From positions 12,336,286 through 12,400,285 of the forward strand of contig CM082581.2 in NCBI GenBank assembly GCA_040954595.2: a stretch of DNA of 64,000 nucleotides, written 5' to 3'. Position 1 is the stretch's first letter. The number at the start of each line of letters is the position of its first letter. Positions 1-13,000 of this stretch are shown here, piece after piece. The DNA comes from Balanoglossus misakiensis (Eukaryota; Animalia; Hemichordata). The notes beneath the pieces are model-generated. The model had not been told where the DNA came from. It saw only the letters and a program-made list of their open reading frames with translations, and ran no database searches. The translations under genes were made by a program, and so were the position numbers.

Positions 1-3000
1 GTGAAAAAATGATTCTATAAAGTTTACTTCCCGTTGAGTGTTAAAAGACCTCTTGTGCATGTTTTACACCATTGGTCATTCTGGCTTGATGTTCATTTTA
101 TTGTGTGAGGTCTATAACGGCAAAACTTCAAGTATTTGAACATGATTTTATTGAAAAGCTGAATTTTATGAGTCATCAATAGAGAGCTTTAACACGAAGT
201 GTACTTCATTGTGGCTTTGTTCGAATCAACCTGGTTTTTCTGTGTAAATTTGTCGAAGCTTTCAAAGCTGAGTTCTTGGCATTGAATGTGCTTTTACACA
301 TTTTCATCCATGGTTACCGGGTAATGCCTTGAACAAGTTTATCTTGGGCGTTCAAACACATGGTAACCACATTTTTACTAGGACAAACTGTATTTATGTA
401 TTTTCCTCTGGTTTGTTTGGGTGTTTTTTATTTGACAGCATCCTATTGGAATCTTTTTATTGTGTGCTCGTAGATCGTGATGGCAAATCCCACCCTTCCT
501 GTGTAGTAACTTAAACATTTTGAAATCTGTCCGCAGTAACTCCGAAGTCAACGCCTGTACAAGATATCCTGATTAGTTAATTACTAAGTTTACATCAAAC
601 TCTGTCTGGGTCCTGTCTTCAAAATGACACAAGCTGTTTTTAAGCAATTTAATAAAAGAAATTGACATTATATCATAGCGAGATTCAAAAAGATTTAAGA
701 TTTAGAGCTATGAAGTTCCACTCTTGTCAGCATAATAGTCTAACAGATAAGAAAAATCTGGTCTTATCAGATTGCTTGATCGTTTGTCAACAAAAGAAGG
801 ATATTAAATAAAAATATGCCCGTTTTTCATATGCAATCGCAATACCGATACAGGTTTTGAATTAGTTCGCCTTTGGAAGCTGGTATGGTATGAAAAAACT
901 AGATGCGATATGCGTATTAAACACAGCTTTTCATATTGTGTGGAGTCTTATCACACGTAGTCTAAATTGTATTAAACCTGATAACAGATATTGGCTGACG
1001 TGTTGGTCCTGAAAATGTCTGAAAACATGGAAATTGTCAATGAAAGGAAAGTTATAAAAAGGATATTGCGCTATTGTAACTCGATTTTCAAATAATACAC
1101 TGATAAACATCTGCATAGTTTGGATGTCATCCTCGTTGATAAAATTCACAGCTTCGTGTATGTTTTCTGAAAGGAACACGATAACTATTGGCATAAACTC
1201 AGCACCAGAAGATTTCTTCACTTTTCAGAATCAGAAGTCTGGTGGTGAAAGAATGTAAATATTAGTATTTTTTAGAAAATTCAAATTCAGCCTTGAAAGT
1301 TTTGCAACTTTTTCATCAGTTTGGTTCAGTTTTCAGATGGAGGATCGACTTCTATAAACATGGTGGCCACTCACGCTGTGAATGCGGCAAACTGAAGCCG
1401 ACAAAAACTATGTTTACCAGATTCATCACATAACATGTGTTTGCTATCCCTGGTCGCATGTGGCCCGAACCGAACTCTGCATGTTGTTGGCAGCATTACT
1501 ATCAACACACCTGCATTGACAATTTACTGCTGGGGTCAGGGGTTAAGGACTTTAATAAAAGAGACATTCCAGATTATTATGGTGGAGTTGACACCTTAGT
1601 TAGAAACCCAGGAATTAGGACTATGATTAGTCTATTGGACTCGTTATCTTCACTTGCCCTGTAATTATTTTAAAAGAACACCTCTGCACCCCTGAGAGTC
1701 ATACGTCATGATATGCAAGGGGGTGTGCCCTGATGGTCCATCGACTCTTCAACGCTCTGTTCGAAACTTCATGTGTGGCTGATCGAAGCTTTACATCGTT
1801 ATCGAAGCAGCGCAGTAGAAAAACGTCACTCAACAGTTTTGAAGTGTGCTGTCAGCTGCACATCAGCCAATACCCGGACTGCTGTCCGTCGTAGGGGCTG
1901 GGGCAGTGGTTGTGTGTCACATTTTATTAATAACACTTGCGTGGGTTCTGCCTTCTGGCAATACTTTGTTTCATTCTTTTGTTCGTCTTCTGTGTCTCAG
2001 ATGAGTGTAACCAATCTCTTGTGACACCACCTTATTACCTGACCACAACAGCACGATATGAGCGTTAAAAAAAACATCAAGTAGAACCAGTTTTACATCA
2101 CAATCACTGGTATTTACACATGCACAGACACATACACCTTTCATGGACTTCAGTCTGGTCCAGTGTTTGCTCATTGCTGACTCCCTCTCACAAGAAAATG
2201 CCTCATTGGTGTCGAGTGCGTCAAAAATGCAGAACAAGATTTCTCTCTGACGTTCCACCTCTTTTTTATGAGCGTGACAACGCTGCATGACCGCACGTAT
2301 AAACCCTTCACACGGACTCACCCATCCATTGCTTCACAACACACAACAAGTAGGGCTGTGTTGATACTCAATAAAATATATGTGTAATCAATAATTTGTA
2401 ATGGGATATTAATGTCGCCCGCACTCTGAAAAAGGAGCCCATTCATTACAAGTCCAAACACGGGTTTCATTTGTTTATCATCACGGCCCTAGTTTGCTAT
2501 CATCTCCTCATGTACCTGTCACTGGTCTGTAATCATTTCATGTTGATTGGGTGCCAGAAGTGGCAGGGCGATTGGCCAGGCCGTGGGTTTCGAAAATTCC
2601 ACCAGACTAACGGGCTGGTTTCGTGTCGGGTTGGGATGTTTTCACAGCTGAGAAAGGCCAGCCGGGGAGATTCTTGAACTCTGACACGGAGACACTGACA
2701 AGTAGCCGAGCAAAGTGGGTAACGTCTAAGAGTAACAAACAGTATGTCATCGTGGACAAGACAACCGCTGCCATCATAATGTACAAATAAACAAATTTTC
2801 AACTTTTGGGCAGTTCTTTTGTAACTCTTCAGTTTGGTATAAAGTTTTTCAGACAAAGTTCAGTTGCCTGAACAGTGCGTGATTTTCACCACACTTAGAC
2901 TGGTCAGCATTCAAATTAAAGTGCAACAGTGTGGGCTTGTCAAATTGTGCCGGACGTACTCTCAGACCACTGACTGTAGTGTTCACTTCACAAAATTTCT

Positions 3001-3990
3001 GCTCAGTTTCTCCGTTAAACAGCACATGCCGAAACCAGGTGAAATGTATGTCAGTGAAATGTTCTAAAATTGTTTATGCCCAGTGATCAATAAACAATTT
3101 TTGGCATATACGGCTTATCTTAAGGCTACTTGATCAGTGACATCACATGGTCCATACTTCGACGTTATCAATCCCCCTTGTTGAACTCCTCACCTGTTTC
3201 AAACAAACGACAGAAGTTTTCGTCACATGCTGTGCACCAGTGCACGTCTCCTTCCCTTACCACCCCTCTTTTGATAGCATGTGTCTAGACTTACCAAAAG
3301 AGTATTAATTTGGGTATAATTTGAAAAAACTTCCTGGAGAATGACAATGCAACTTGCTTCTGAACTAGCTGACCCGTGACCTCCAGTCATAATCTATCTT
3401 CTTTTTGTATGTCGTGAAATGGCTTTCTCTTACACCTGTGTGTCATTAAAGCCTCATTATTCAAAGTTTCACAGGTGAATGGACGTGCAACTTCAAATGT
3501 TAAGCAAATGTTCGAATCCCTCCTAACCGATCGATGGGAGCCTATTCTTCAAATTAGCCAACAACGTGAGGGTGACTGCATGCATACTGTTCTTGTGATT
3601 TTGACATATTTATTTTCATCCAAATGGATTTATCCGTTTAAATTATCTATACTTTAGGTGATTTAATAAACAAAAACAAATAAAAATATCATTGTTGATG
3701 CTTCAACAAGGGGGGAAACAGAGCAATAGGATTAAGTGGGCTAGAGTTACCTTTTATTTTTGAGAGACTAACAACCTGCTGATCCTGGTTGTTCATGTCA
3801 GTTTTGACTTTAAACAATATTTATATCTCCCCTCACCCACTAGAGGTTAGTCTTCATTAATTATTATCAGTGTTTTATTATGAAAGATCGAAGTAATCCA
3901 AGGTTTGTAAAGTAAACATTGTAGAATTGAGGGTTATAAGAGGCCGTGATGGTTACTATGTTTATTTCGAAGACCGAATTTTTTTTTCAG

Positions 3991-4035
3991 CCATGTTACG
4001 ACGACAACAAACAGAGAAGTTGCACCTGCTTTTGT
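3991..4035 (+). CDS. Candidate 45-nt in-frame cassette exon in the large INPP5A intron (PCYDDNKQRSCTCFC)
   Basis: Strong acceptor (T-run then CAG) and a GTAAGT donor. Length is a multiple of 3 and it is open in phase 0, matching the next exon at 7059. No homology support. Confidence 0.3.
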
Positions 4036-7000
4036 GTAAGTGCAAAATGATATGGTAGCTGAATGGGCAGAGTATTTTTGCATTCCAACTTCTCTGTATT
4101 TTTAGGCCTTGGTGGTGCTTATTTTGAGATTTGGCAGATTTGCGTGTGATTTGAATGTGTCTGGGAGGAGGGGAATGTGGACTGGAAACACGCAGTCAAT
4201 GATACATGCCAAGTGGTATATATATCGGCTTTAAAACTGGGCGGCGGGGACTTAACCCCGCCGCATAAAATTCTGCAGTTGGTGGGCAACTGCAGAGTGG
4301 TTCCTTATCTGACAGAAGACAAATTGTGGGTCCTAATCCGAGGGTGGATGGGGCTGACCATAAGGCTCACAATGCTTCAACAGTGAGAAGTTATGCAGCA
4401 AAGCTGGCAGGACTTAGCCCAGATTACCTGACCAAACACCAGCTGGGATGCAACGAGAACACAACCAGGCCCCGGGCTTGACCCTGGCTCAAGACCATTC
4501 CGCTCTTTTCGCGTATCCAGCGGTAAAGCTCCAAACAACGACAACGTCCCAATCCGTAACACCTGTTTGATCATGCGGAGAGACAAAATACGTAACGATT
4601 TCAATTCTCTGTTGACTTTTCCAAAGCAGTAAGTCGGAGTTCCTGAACACGCAATGACAGAGAAATCCACTTGATTTTCTTGTCTCTGGCGAACAGATGC
4701 TTGTGAGAAAATACATTGGCATGCAGCCACTACAGGTGCTCAGGGTTTTAAGCTATGTAGCTTAAAGTGCCATGTGTATGTACAAGTCGGCCATTTTTTT
4801 GTATTTGATGAGATAAAGGGGTTACTTAACCCAAAAATATGACAATTCTTATAGTGTCAAAATAATGATGAAATCAAATACTTTCCAGAGTGAGGTTTTG
4901 CTGTCAGATTCTGGTAACCATGGTAGTTGTCGTTAAATATTACTTATAAATCACAGTGTGTGAAGCTGACGTGAAGCTGCTTTAAAAACCCACTTCAACA
5001 TTTTCTCTGTCGTGTGGGTATTTGTTGATCCCTTCAGCACGGTCCGAGGATTAGCATATTATCACCATAACACCTGTTTAGATTCCAATCAGTCTTGTGT
5101 GTTAGGTCATCAGGTTATTGGACGAACTGTCCTTTACCTGTCAAAATGTCACTTCTAGTTATTGAACAGAGGTCAAATCGTGTACCCATAACATATATAC
5201 TTTTTGTTGCATAGCTGAAATATCATGTATTTCTAGAATTCTGCATTACAATCCACCATGTCCTCTTTCAGAAAATATGAGAGCACGCTATTCATGTCAC
5301 AGGTCAAGTCATATTTGTCAGCTGTTTATAGAAGTTGAGGTAAAAAATGACTGATCAAACGGTTGCTCAGTGCAGCCTGTTTTCTGTTGAATGGATACTA
5401 TACCACTCTAGATTATGTCAGACTTTCTTAGATGCATCCAAACTTACGTCATGTTGGTGAATTTTGTCAATAAATTCATTTGTCAGAACTTCTGCCGCAG
5501 ATGCGTTTATTTGTTTAAAGTGAAATGTATCCATGATGATTCAACTGCATAGTTCAATATCATTCAAAGATTATATCAAATCCTCCCCTTAAAAAGGAGA
5601 CCATTTTCGTTGTTTTGACATCAAATAAGTCACCCACCCACATGTAGGGCGGTCCTGATATCACAATATTTCATGTCAGAAAATGCAAAATGGATCAAAA
5701 GAAGTTTGCTTTGTAGGGAGAATCATGTTCCTCGTGTAATTTCAACATTTACCTAAGTACTGATGTCTATCAGTTATTATTTGCTTTGAATTTCATTCAT
5801 TGGGATCTGATAGGGTGTATACATTCTTTTTGAATCCCTTACTTGTTGAGAAAACCCTCAGTGTTGTTGACAATGTCCTTGTGAAAATTTGGCCACATTG
5901 ATAGCAAATAAACTTGCAACAGTAGCGCCATTGTACGTTTTTACGATAAGCGTGTATAAAGAGGGGTTTAGCTGTGAACTTCTATGTTGGAACGGGTCAT
6001 TGAAATGACTTCATAAGGACGTCAGTACATCATAATTCCTGCTGACGATTACCCGTTAATCCCAGCAACCAATTTTGCATAATTTGTACCGTTTCCCCTC
6101 AAGGGGCGCTTGGATCTCTGCCATTTTGGGTCTCTGACGCACATAACCTCTGGACGAGTGTGTCGGACCCCACCTCTGTGATGGACGCCTGTCAGCTGTC
6201 AATTGCCACGGTTCTAAGTGAATGCAGAAGTGAATAACTTCGCCATTAGGCGTGTCTCTCTACACCATTCATCCTGTTCAGTGTGATCATATATAATTTG
6301 AACACAAGCCGAGGGGAAAGCCCAGCAAATATAAATTTCACCAACCTTTGTGCTGCACAAAGACCACAAACCATAAATCATAAAATGTGAGTTTTGACGG
6401 ACACTCTTCTCGGTGGTTTAAACAAAGATTAAATTTCTGACACCTGAAAAGCTTTAAATTGTAATATAAAGATATTACAGTAAAATCTCTTTAAGACTTT
6501 CAAATAAACTTACAAGAAAGAAAGCATTTGGAATCGTACGTATTTCATGGAAGTGAAAATCTGCTTTTATTTTGTTGTATAGTTTTCAGTTTTTAAAAAA
6601 AAGTACTTTTTGGAATTGTCATACGGGTTAAGTGTCTCCATAATGAATTATTGATTGTTGCCAGGATTTGGTGTGCAAACTATTCATTCTATGATTTAGT
6701 GATTAAGAACCATGACGTTAGCTTTACTGCTTCACCCAAAACTATAACAGAGAGTTCTTTGTTAGACAGTACATGTGACTCCATTCCTGTCATAAAAGTA
6801 AGAAGCTTAGCTCAATGTACATATATTTTAATAGCAGCATAGTGTTGTATATACATGTCAATAATTTCAAAATTCTTTTTTATAAAGTGCTACAAAAGAA
6901 AACTGACTGTGGTATACAGATTGTAAAAACACCTGTTGATTTCTGTTGGCTTGTGTTGATGTGATATTAAAATGAACATTAGAAAAGTTATGTAAATCAG

Positions 7001-7058
7001 TCTGTCATATTTATTAAACCAATATTGATCTATTGCTCTGTTTTTGTTTTCATTTCAG

Positions 7059-10000
7059 GCTCTGGGTTGTCTATACTTCATTCATGAAAGCCTCCAAAAT
7101 ATTTTCATCTATGACTTCGCTGGTAAGTTCAAGCCAATATAAGATTGTTCGATTCTCACTGATATTTTTGACTATTTCAAAAACCTTCGTTATCAGTTCA
7201 TTGAACTGTAAGACCAGTAGAAAATCCAAACGTCCAAGCCAGATAACTTGACATTAAAGATCATGGTTTGCTGAATCTTGTGAAATCTTTTTACAGCTTG
7301 TAAGTTCCGATTTGTGAGTGGTAAAGAGATGTTCACAAGTGCAAAACTTGAGGAAACGACTATCAAAGAAAAGCTGAAGTTTGCTCCAGAATTTTTCCCA
7401 GAGGTAAGTCTTCTAGATAACATAACAGCGACCATATTTGGGGTTCAGCCACCAGTACCTGAAGGAAACAAAATGGTACTTTTGACACATCTCTCTATCA
7501 CATACATAAAGTTTAATCAGCATTTTCTCATCAACATCAAGGAAACAATCTTTTGTCTTTCTGAAAACGTTCTCTTTGATTGTTTTTATTACTTTTCAAT
7601 CGACAGACAAAATGGTCAAGGAAAGGATACTTGAGAACTCGATGGAGTATTAATGACAGGTATGAATTTTGAGTTTTTTGTGACATTTTTGAAAATATGA
7701 TCTTGCCAATTGATTTGAAAGTCTCCTATCCCTTCACTTCACAGTATCTTTGATTTGGTGAACATTCATCTGTTCCACGATGCCTCGAACATCACTGCTG
7801 CAGAAAAGGTGAGATCGTCCTGTTGCTAGGTGTGGTCTTTTCAAAACCCATGGTCTTTAGATGAGGCATTCTTGAAAACAAATTGTCCTTGGGTGAGGCA
7901 TACTTTTCTGAACCCAGTGGTCTTTTGGGTGAGGTGTTTACAAACCAGTATTCTTCCTGATCACATAGCAACCACAAGCCATAGAGAACTGAAACCAAAC
8001 TGAAAATTGAAGAACACAAACATGGCATAAGTAGGATAAACGAAAGTTTGTTGACATTGGTCGGTCTCTAAGTAAGCTGTGTATTCCAATTTGTTTTTAT
8101 TATATTATTCCCTGAAGTGTTTTCACTCTATATTGAGTGTACTGACCTGCTTTGATGACCCAACCGTATATATGAAGCCCCTACCCACTTTCCCCCAGCC
8201 CCCGAGTATAGTAACAACCTTTGAAAGTAGATGGATGTATGATCAGCAAAAAATGAACTTGCTGGTATCTCATGTCAGATCATTAGCATTCACAGTAGGA
8301 ATGTCAAGATCGTTGTCTTGCTTAATTTATGTGTTATTCATGAAATCGTTAGTCACTCTATTGTCATGGAAACCTCATTAGGAGATTTTGAATACGATAA
8401 GTTTACTTTGGAACATGCTTCAATATTTACACCAACCCAACAAATATGCCATTTTCTTCAGTATCACAAATTTTAGTGCATGATTAAAAGTTTCAGGCTA
8501 TGTTAGCTTTCAAAGACTCCTTTCTCAGCACATACATGTATAGTATAAAATCTAAATTTCTCTTCTCTCATGAGCAAACTCAGCCAGTGCAAGCATTCAC
8601 CAATCACACACTCTGACCATAGTAATCACATGACTTTGTTACACCAATCAACGCATGTACATTTATAGTAATTAAAATGAACATCTGATCTTATAACATG
8701 AGGAACGATAGACTTCTGAAGAATATTACATCTGATATTATTAGTTTGTTCTCGTTAATTTTATTAGCCTATTTCCTGTCGTTAATTGATTGTACATTAT
8801 CAAAAGTTATTATTTCACACAATTAGTTTTTCATTACTGTAACCAAACTAGAAATAGAATACTTATTTAAGGGGACTATTGTGCAGTCTGTCTGTCTATC
8901 CATGTTCTGTATTCACTGAAGTAACAAAAAGTTATAATGAGATTTCTTTCCTTCTGTTTTGTTCCAACAGACACCATCTGTGTACAGCAGCCACAGACGG
9001 AAAGCTCTGGAATATGTGCTTGAAAGGTTCGTACACTGCATATCACGTTTGACAGCGTTGTATTAAAAAAATCTACCATTCTACCATTTCCCAACTTTTT
9101 TCCCCCATATATCGCCCTTGAAATATTCTGTGATATACAGATAAATGCTGGCGTCATGGAATCATTTTGTGGTCAGTTTTGAAATCAAGTTTCAGGTTTA
9201 TGTTTGAGATGCAAGCTCCGTCATGTTGCACGTGAAGGAGATACATAGACTGATTATGGTTAAATTAAATAAGTATTTTAATTAAGTTTAAATTACACTG
9301 TTTGCTATCTGGTGTTTAAACACCAAGCCAATACCAAATCTACATAGTTTAGGTCACATTATCTGATTGTAATACATGTACCGGTAGATGGTAATCTTAC
9401 AGTTGCTAATCATGTCTTAGGGCAGGTTACTCAACATAGGAAGCTTTAAAGGTACATGGTCACCTCTAGTTTACATATATCCATAAATGGCATATCTGAG
9501 TGTTATAAAGAACATATGGTGGCGCACTTTTTTTCGCGTGTGCCACCCACTGAAAATCTGTGATTGGCTAGATCTCAATTTGCCATGGAAACTGCGGCTA
9601 AACTTCCATAGGTGACTGTATACCTGTGAGGTAGCAATCGCCTTGAAAGGCATGTTTATTTTCTTGTAAAACCAACAACATGCATTGCTTTTTTTTAATA
9701 ACAAAGGAAGGAAGTTATTCATGGTTTCAGACAGTCAGATTTGTCTCGACAGCCATGACAGTTGTTTCCAAGGAGCTTTTTATCAGCGTTTCCTGAAACC
9801 ATAACCAGGCTACTTCCCTGGGGATGTCAACACATGACTGGGAGGTGAAAACTTGTGAATTGATGGGAAAGTGAAACTGCAGCGGGTGACACTAACAAGA
9901 TTATTCCCAGGATTTTCAAAAACACCCTGGATTCTGAGCCAGCCACTGCATGCCGATCGGTCTTGCCGTGTTTACAATGACATGATCAAGTCGATATAAA

Positions 10001-13000
10001 GACAGTATTCTGCTGTAATATTCATCATTAAAAACGTTGTTTGAGATGTGAGATCTCTATCGCTGCCTTGCAGAGTTTTCCGCCGGCTTTATGGCTCATA
10101 TCTGGCTTCATGGAACTCTTTTGTCATGAAATTGTCAATGTCTTATCGTCGTGGTCTGTCAATAATCTCTAAGAACGGGGACAGCCTTTTCCATATCGTG
10201 CTACGCTCATCAGGGTTTTTTCGCCGCTGTATCATTGTCATGATGCAAGATAAGCCGTTTTCTCACGTAACATTTCAGCAGTTGGCGTTATCATGAACGA
10301 TCAGACATTGGTGAACGGACACACCAGAAAGAAATATTGGAAAAAATGAACATGAATACGTATCGGACCATCTGGTTTCTCATTTGCCGATAAAGTCAGT
10401 AAAATGTCATTAGATTTACCTGCAGTTTTTCATTCTGTGTTTAAATGTAAATGGGTTCATGACATTTTCACACTACCGCTGGTTTAAATGTGTCCAGTAT
10501 CAAACGTGCAGAAATAACAAGTAAAGCATCCAGCCAGTGTTTTCAAATTCCACAAAACCTCTGATCCTGATATTTGCACAGCCTGAAACACCATCTTAAT
10601 TCAAGACTTAAAAAAAGAAAGGATCTTTACGTGAGATTTAGGAGAACAACTGCCTGTCACTTGAAAGTTTTTTCAACAGCCATTTGTTATTTTACCCTGT
10701 CAGTTACACTGTTGTATCCATTTGATATTTTTTGACAGATTTTTGAAAAATGTGCAGAAATCCTGATTGAATTGTCTGTGTGTCAATCTACTTGTTCGTA
10801 GCAACCAGCCACACAAAATACACGTTGCTGTGGTGCTAGGTAGCCATGTGTAAAATAAAAAAAAAATATTGTTCTGTTTGCTTACTTATGTCAAAATCAC
10901 TGACCCCTGAAATGCTCAGACATTGTTAAATGGTGCGTAGGAAATCAATTCTCACAGACAACTTTATAGTTCAGCTTCAATGTTGGGATCCAGGGCTTGG
11001 ATCCAAAGACATAGATGCAGCAGGGCTTTTTTGAGAAGTGGTTCATATCTGCTGTTCGTACAACCTGACACCCCCTTCTAGCTTACAGTACCTGCATCTG
11101 TGTTTCGTGCAAACAAGTCTAGTCCTCATGTAAACTCAGATGTTTGCCTGCAAAAATCTGCTTTAATCTCTACAAGACCAACCTTGATACCTCAAGCATG
11201 AGCAGACATTCTATCATACCATTCTATCGTTCGCTTTTCCAAGTTTCCGCGGTATTTAGAGTGATCGACCTACGTCACTGTTTCCAACCCAACAATTCAC
11301 TCTGATTGAAAGCAAGACAGGTACACCCTATTGTAGAAATAAATATTGCTGTGGAAGTAATTCCAAAGTTTTCTTTGTTTTTTTTTTACCAGATTTGGAA
11401 CCGACAGGTATGACAATGTACCTGTTTTCATATTTGGAGATTTCAACTTTAGATTGGACCAGTATGGTGTCGTAGGGGTAAGCATTAGAATTAATAATAC
11501 AAAAACATGTGCATGAAAGTGTATGTGAATCACAGTGCCCTAGATTATATTTTTCCCCACAAATCTAAACCTATAGCAGTGCCTACTTCATCCATCCGTA
11601 CATGCACATAATCATAAATACACACAAAAGACAGCAATGAAAGCCCAAAATTGATCCCACACCATGCAACTGACTAAAATCCACAATGCATAGTTGAGAG
11701 AATCAGTATGCCGTCGAGTGTAAATGTTATATTTCATTAAGTCACAGGCTGATGTGACAAGAGGGATACATGACAATACATTCTTTCATACCAGCACCGA
11801 CTGACACGAATTCTACTCTTTTAATGAGCTTTCATGTACAAGCTGTTAGTGAAAACACAATGATGAAATTCATCGTTTTTATGTGCTTCATCGTTACGGC
11901 AGATGTAAAAAGTAATAAAGAAAGTAATAAATATTATATGGCAGAAATTACACTGACAATTTGTGGCACATTCGTTGAAAATGAAATGTCATCTAGCCCA
12001 GCAAAGAACTAGTAGATAGGGTGGGTCATCACTTTCATAGTTTCTGAGTGAACAGTGATTGTTTTGAGAAAAGCCATTTGAAATGAACGGAAGTGGCAGA
12101 TTTGACAAATTTGAAATAATGGCCAGTTTTTAGTTGCAGCAGGTTTTCAGTTATTGCAACTGTGGAGAGCACTTCCACATATGTACAGTTACAGTTGTAA
12201 GGTTCAACATTTTGATGTTGCAAGCATTGTCTGTTTCATGAATTCTGGATTTTATGGAATTTTCTTTCTGAAAGATTGTATCATTTCTTTTCATCAAACA
12301 CAGTCACTCTGTGCAAAGGCAACAGCAAATTATGAGAAAAACCAAGATGAAATCGTCAAGGTGACATACATCGAAAATGGAAGTCAGAACAAGGTTGGTA
12401 ATCTTTTAATAAAATTTCAAGCCATATATGTACTTGAGATGAGAAATTTTAACCATTTTGTAGGCAAACCTTCATTGTAATACACCTTGCTTGTATCCCC
12501 AGTTCCTGCCAAGATACTTGACAAATTAATTTAAACATCACACACGCTTCACAGTTACAAGACAATAAAATCTAAATGGCATCTCTTTAGATGTATCAAC
12601 ATGCATTTGGGAATGGATTGTTATCTTTGATCTCTTAGTTGTGAGCATTAACTGCTGTCACTAATCTTTGCTGATGATGAACAATAAAATCTCTTGTCAA
12701 GTACAGATTATAAAACAGCTTAAAGGTGAGGAGAAATCAATACGGCAATAGACAGTGTTTAACCCATTCACCACCGTGGTTTGGTAAAACCTCATTGTTC
12801 TCAGTGGCAATTCTGGACCTCTGTACAAGGAAATAGGGGTGAAAGGGTTAAAAATGGTGAGGCTTGTATTGGCAAGGATGGGGCGTATAGACACTAATCT
12901 GTTTCTCTGTCCACTATCCTTTTGTTTTTCACAAATTATTCACTTTTTTCTCTCTTTCTCTCTCTGTGACCAAATGTAGACTGTTTTAACAATGGGAAAG

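Noticed and set aside
1970-3130. CpG-richer intronic stretch as a transposon remnant
   Set aside because: No transposase motif, terminal repeats or second copy could be identified by eye; a repeat-library search is needed.
9950-10400. Intronic patch with recurring TCATGA words as a mobile element
   Set aside because: Ends, target duplication and periodicity could not be defined.
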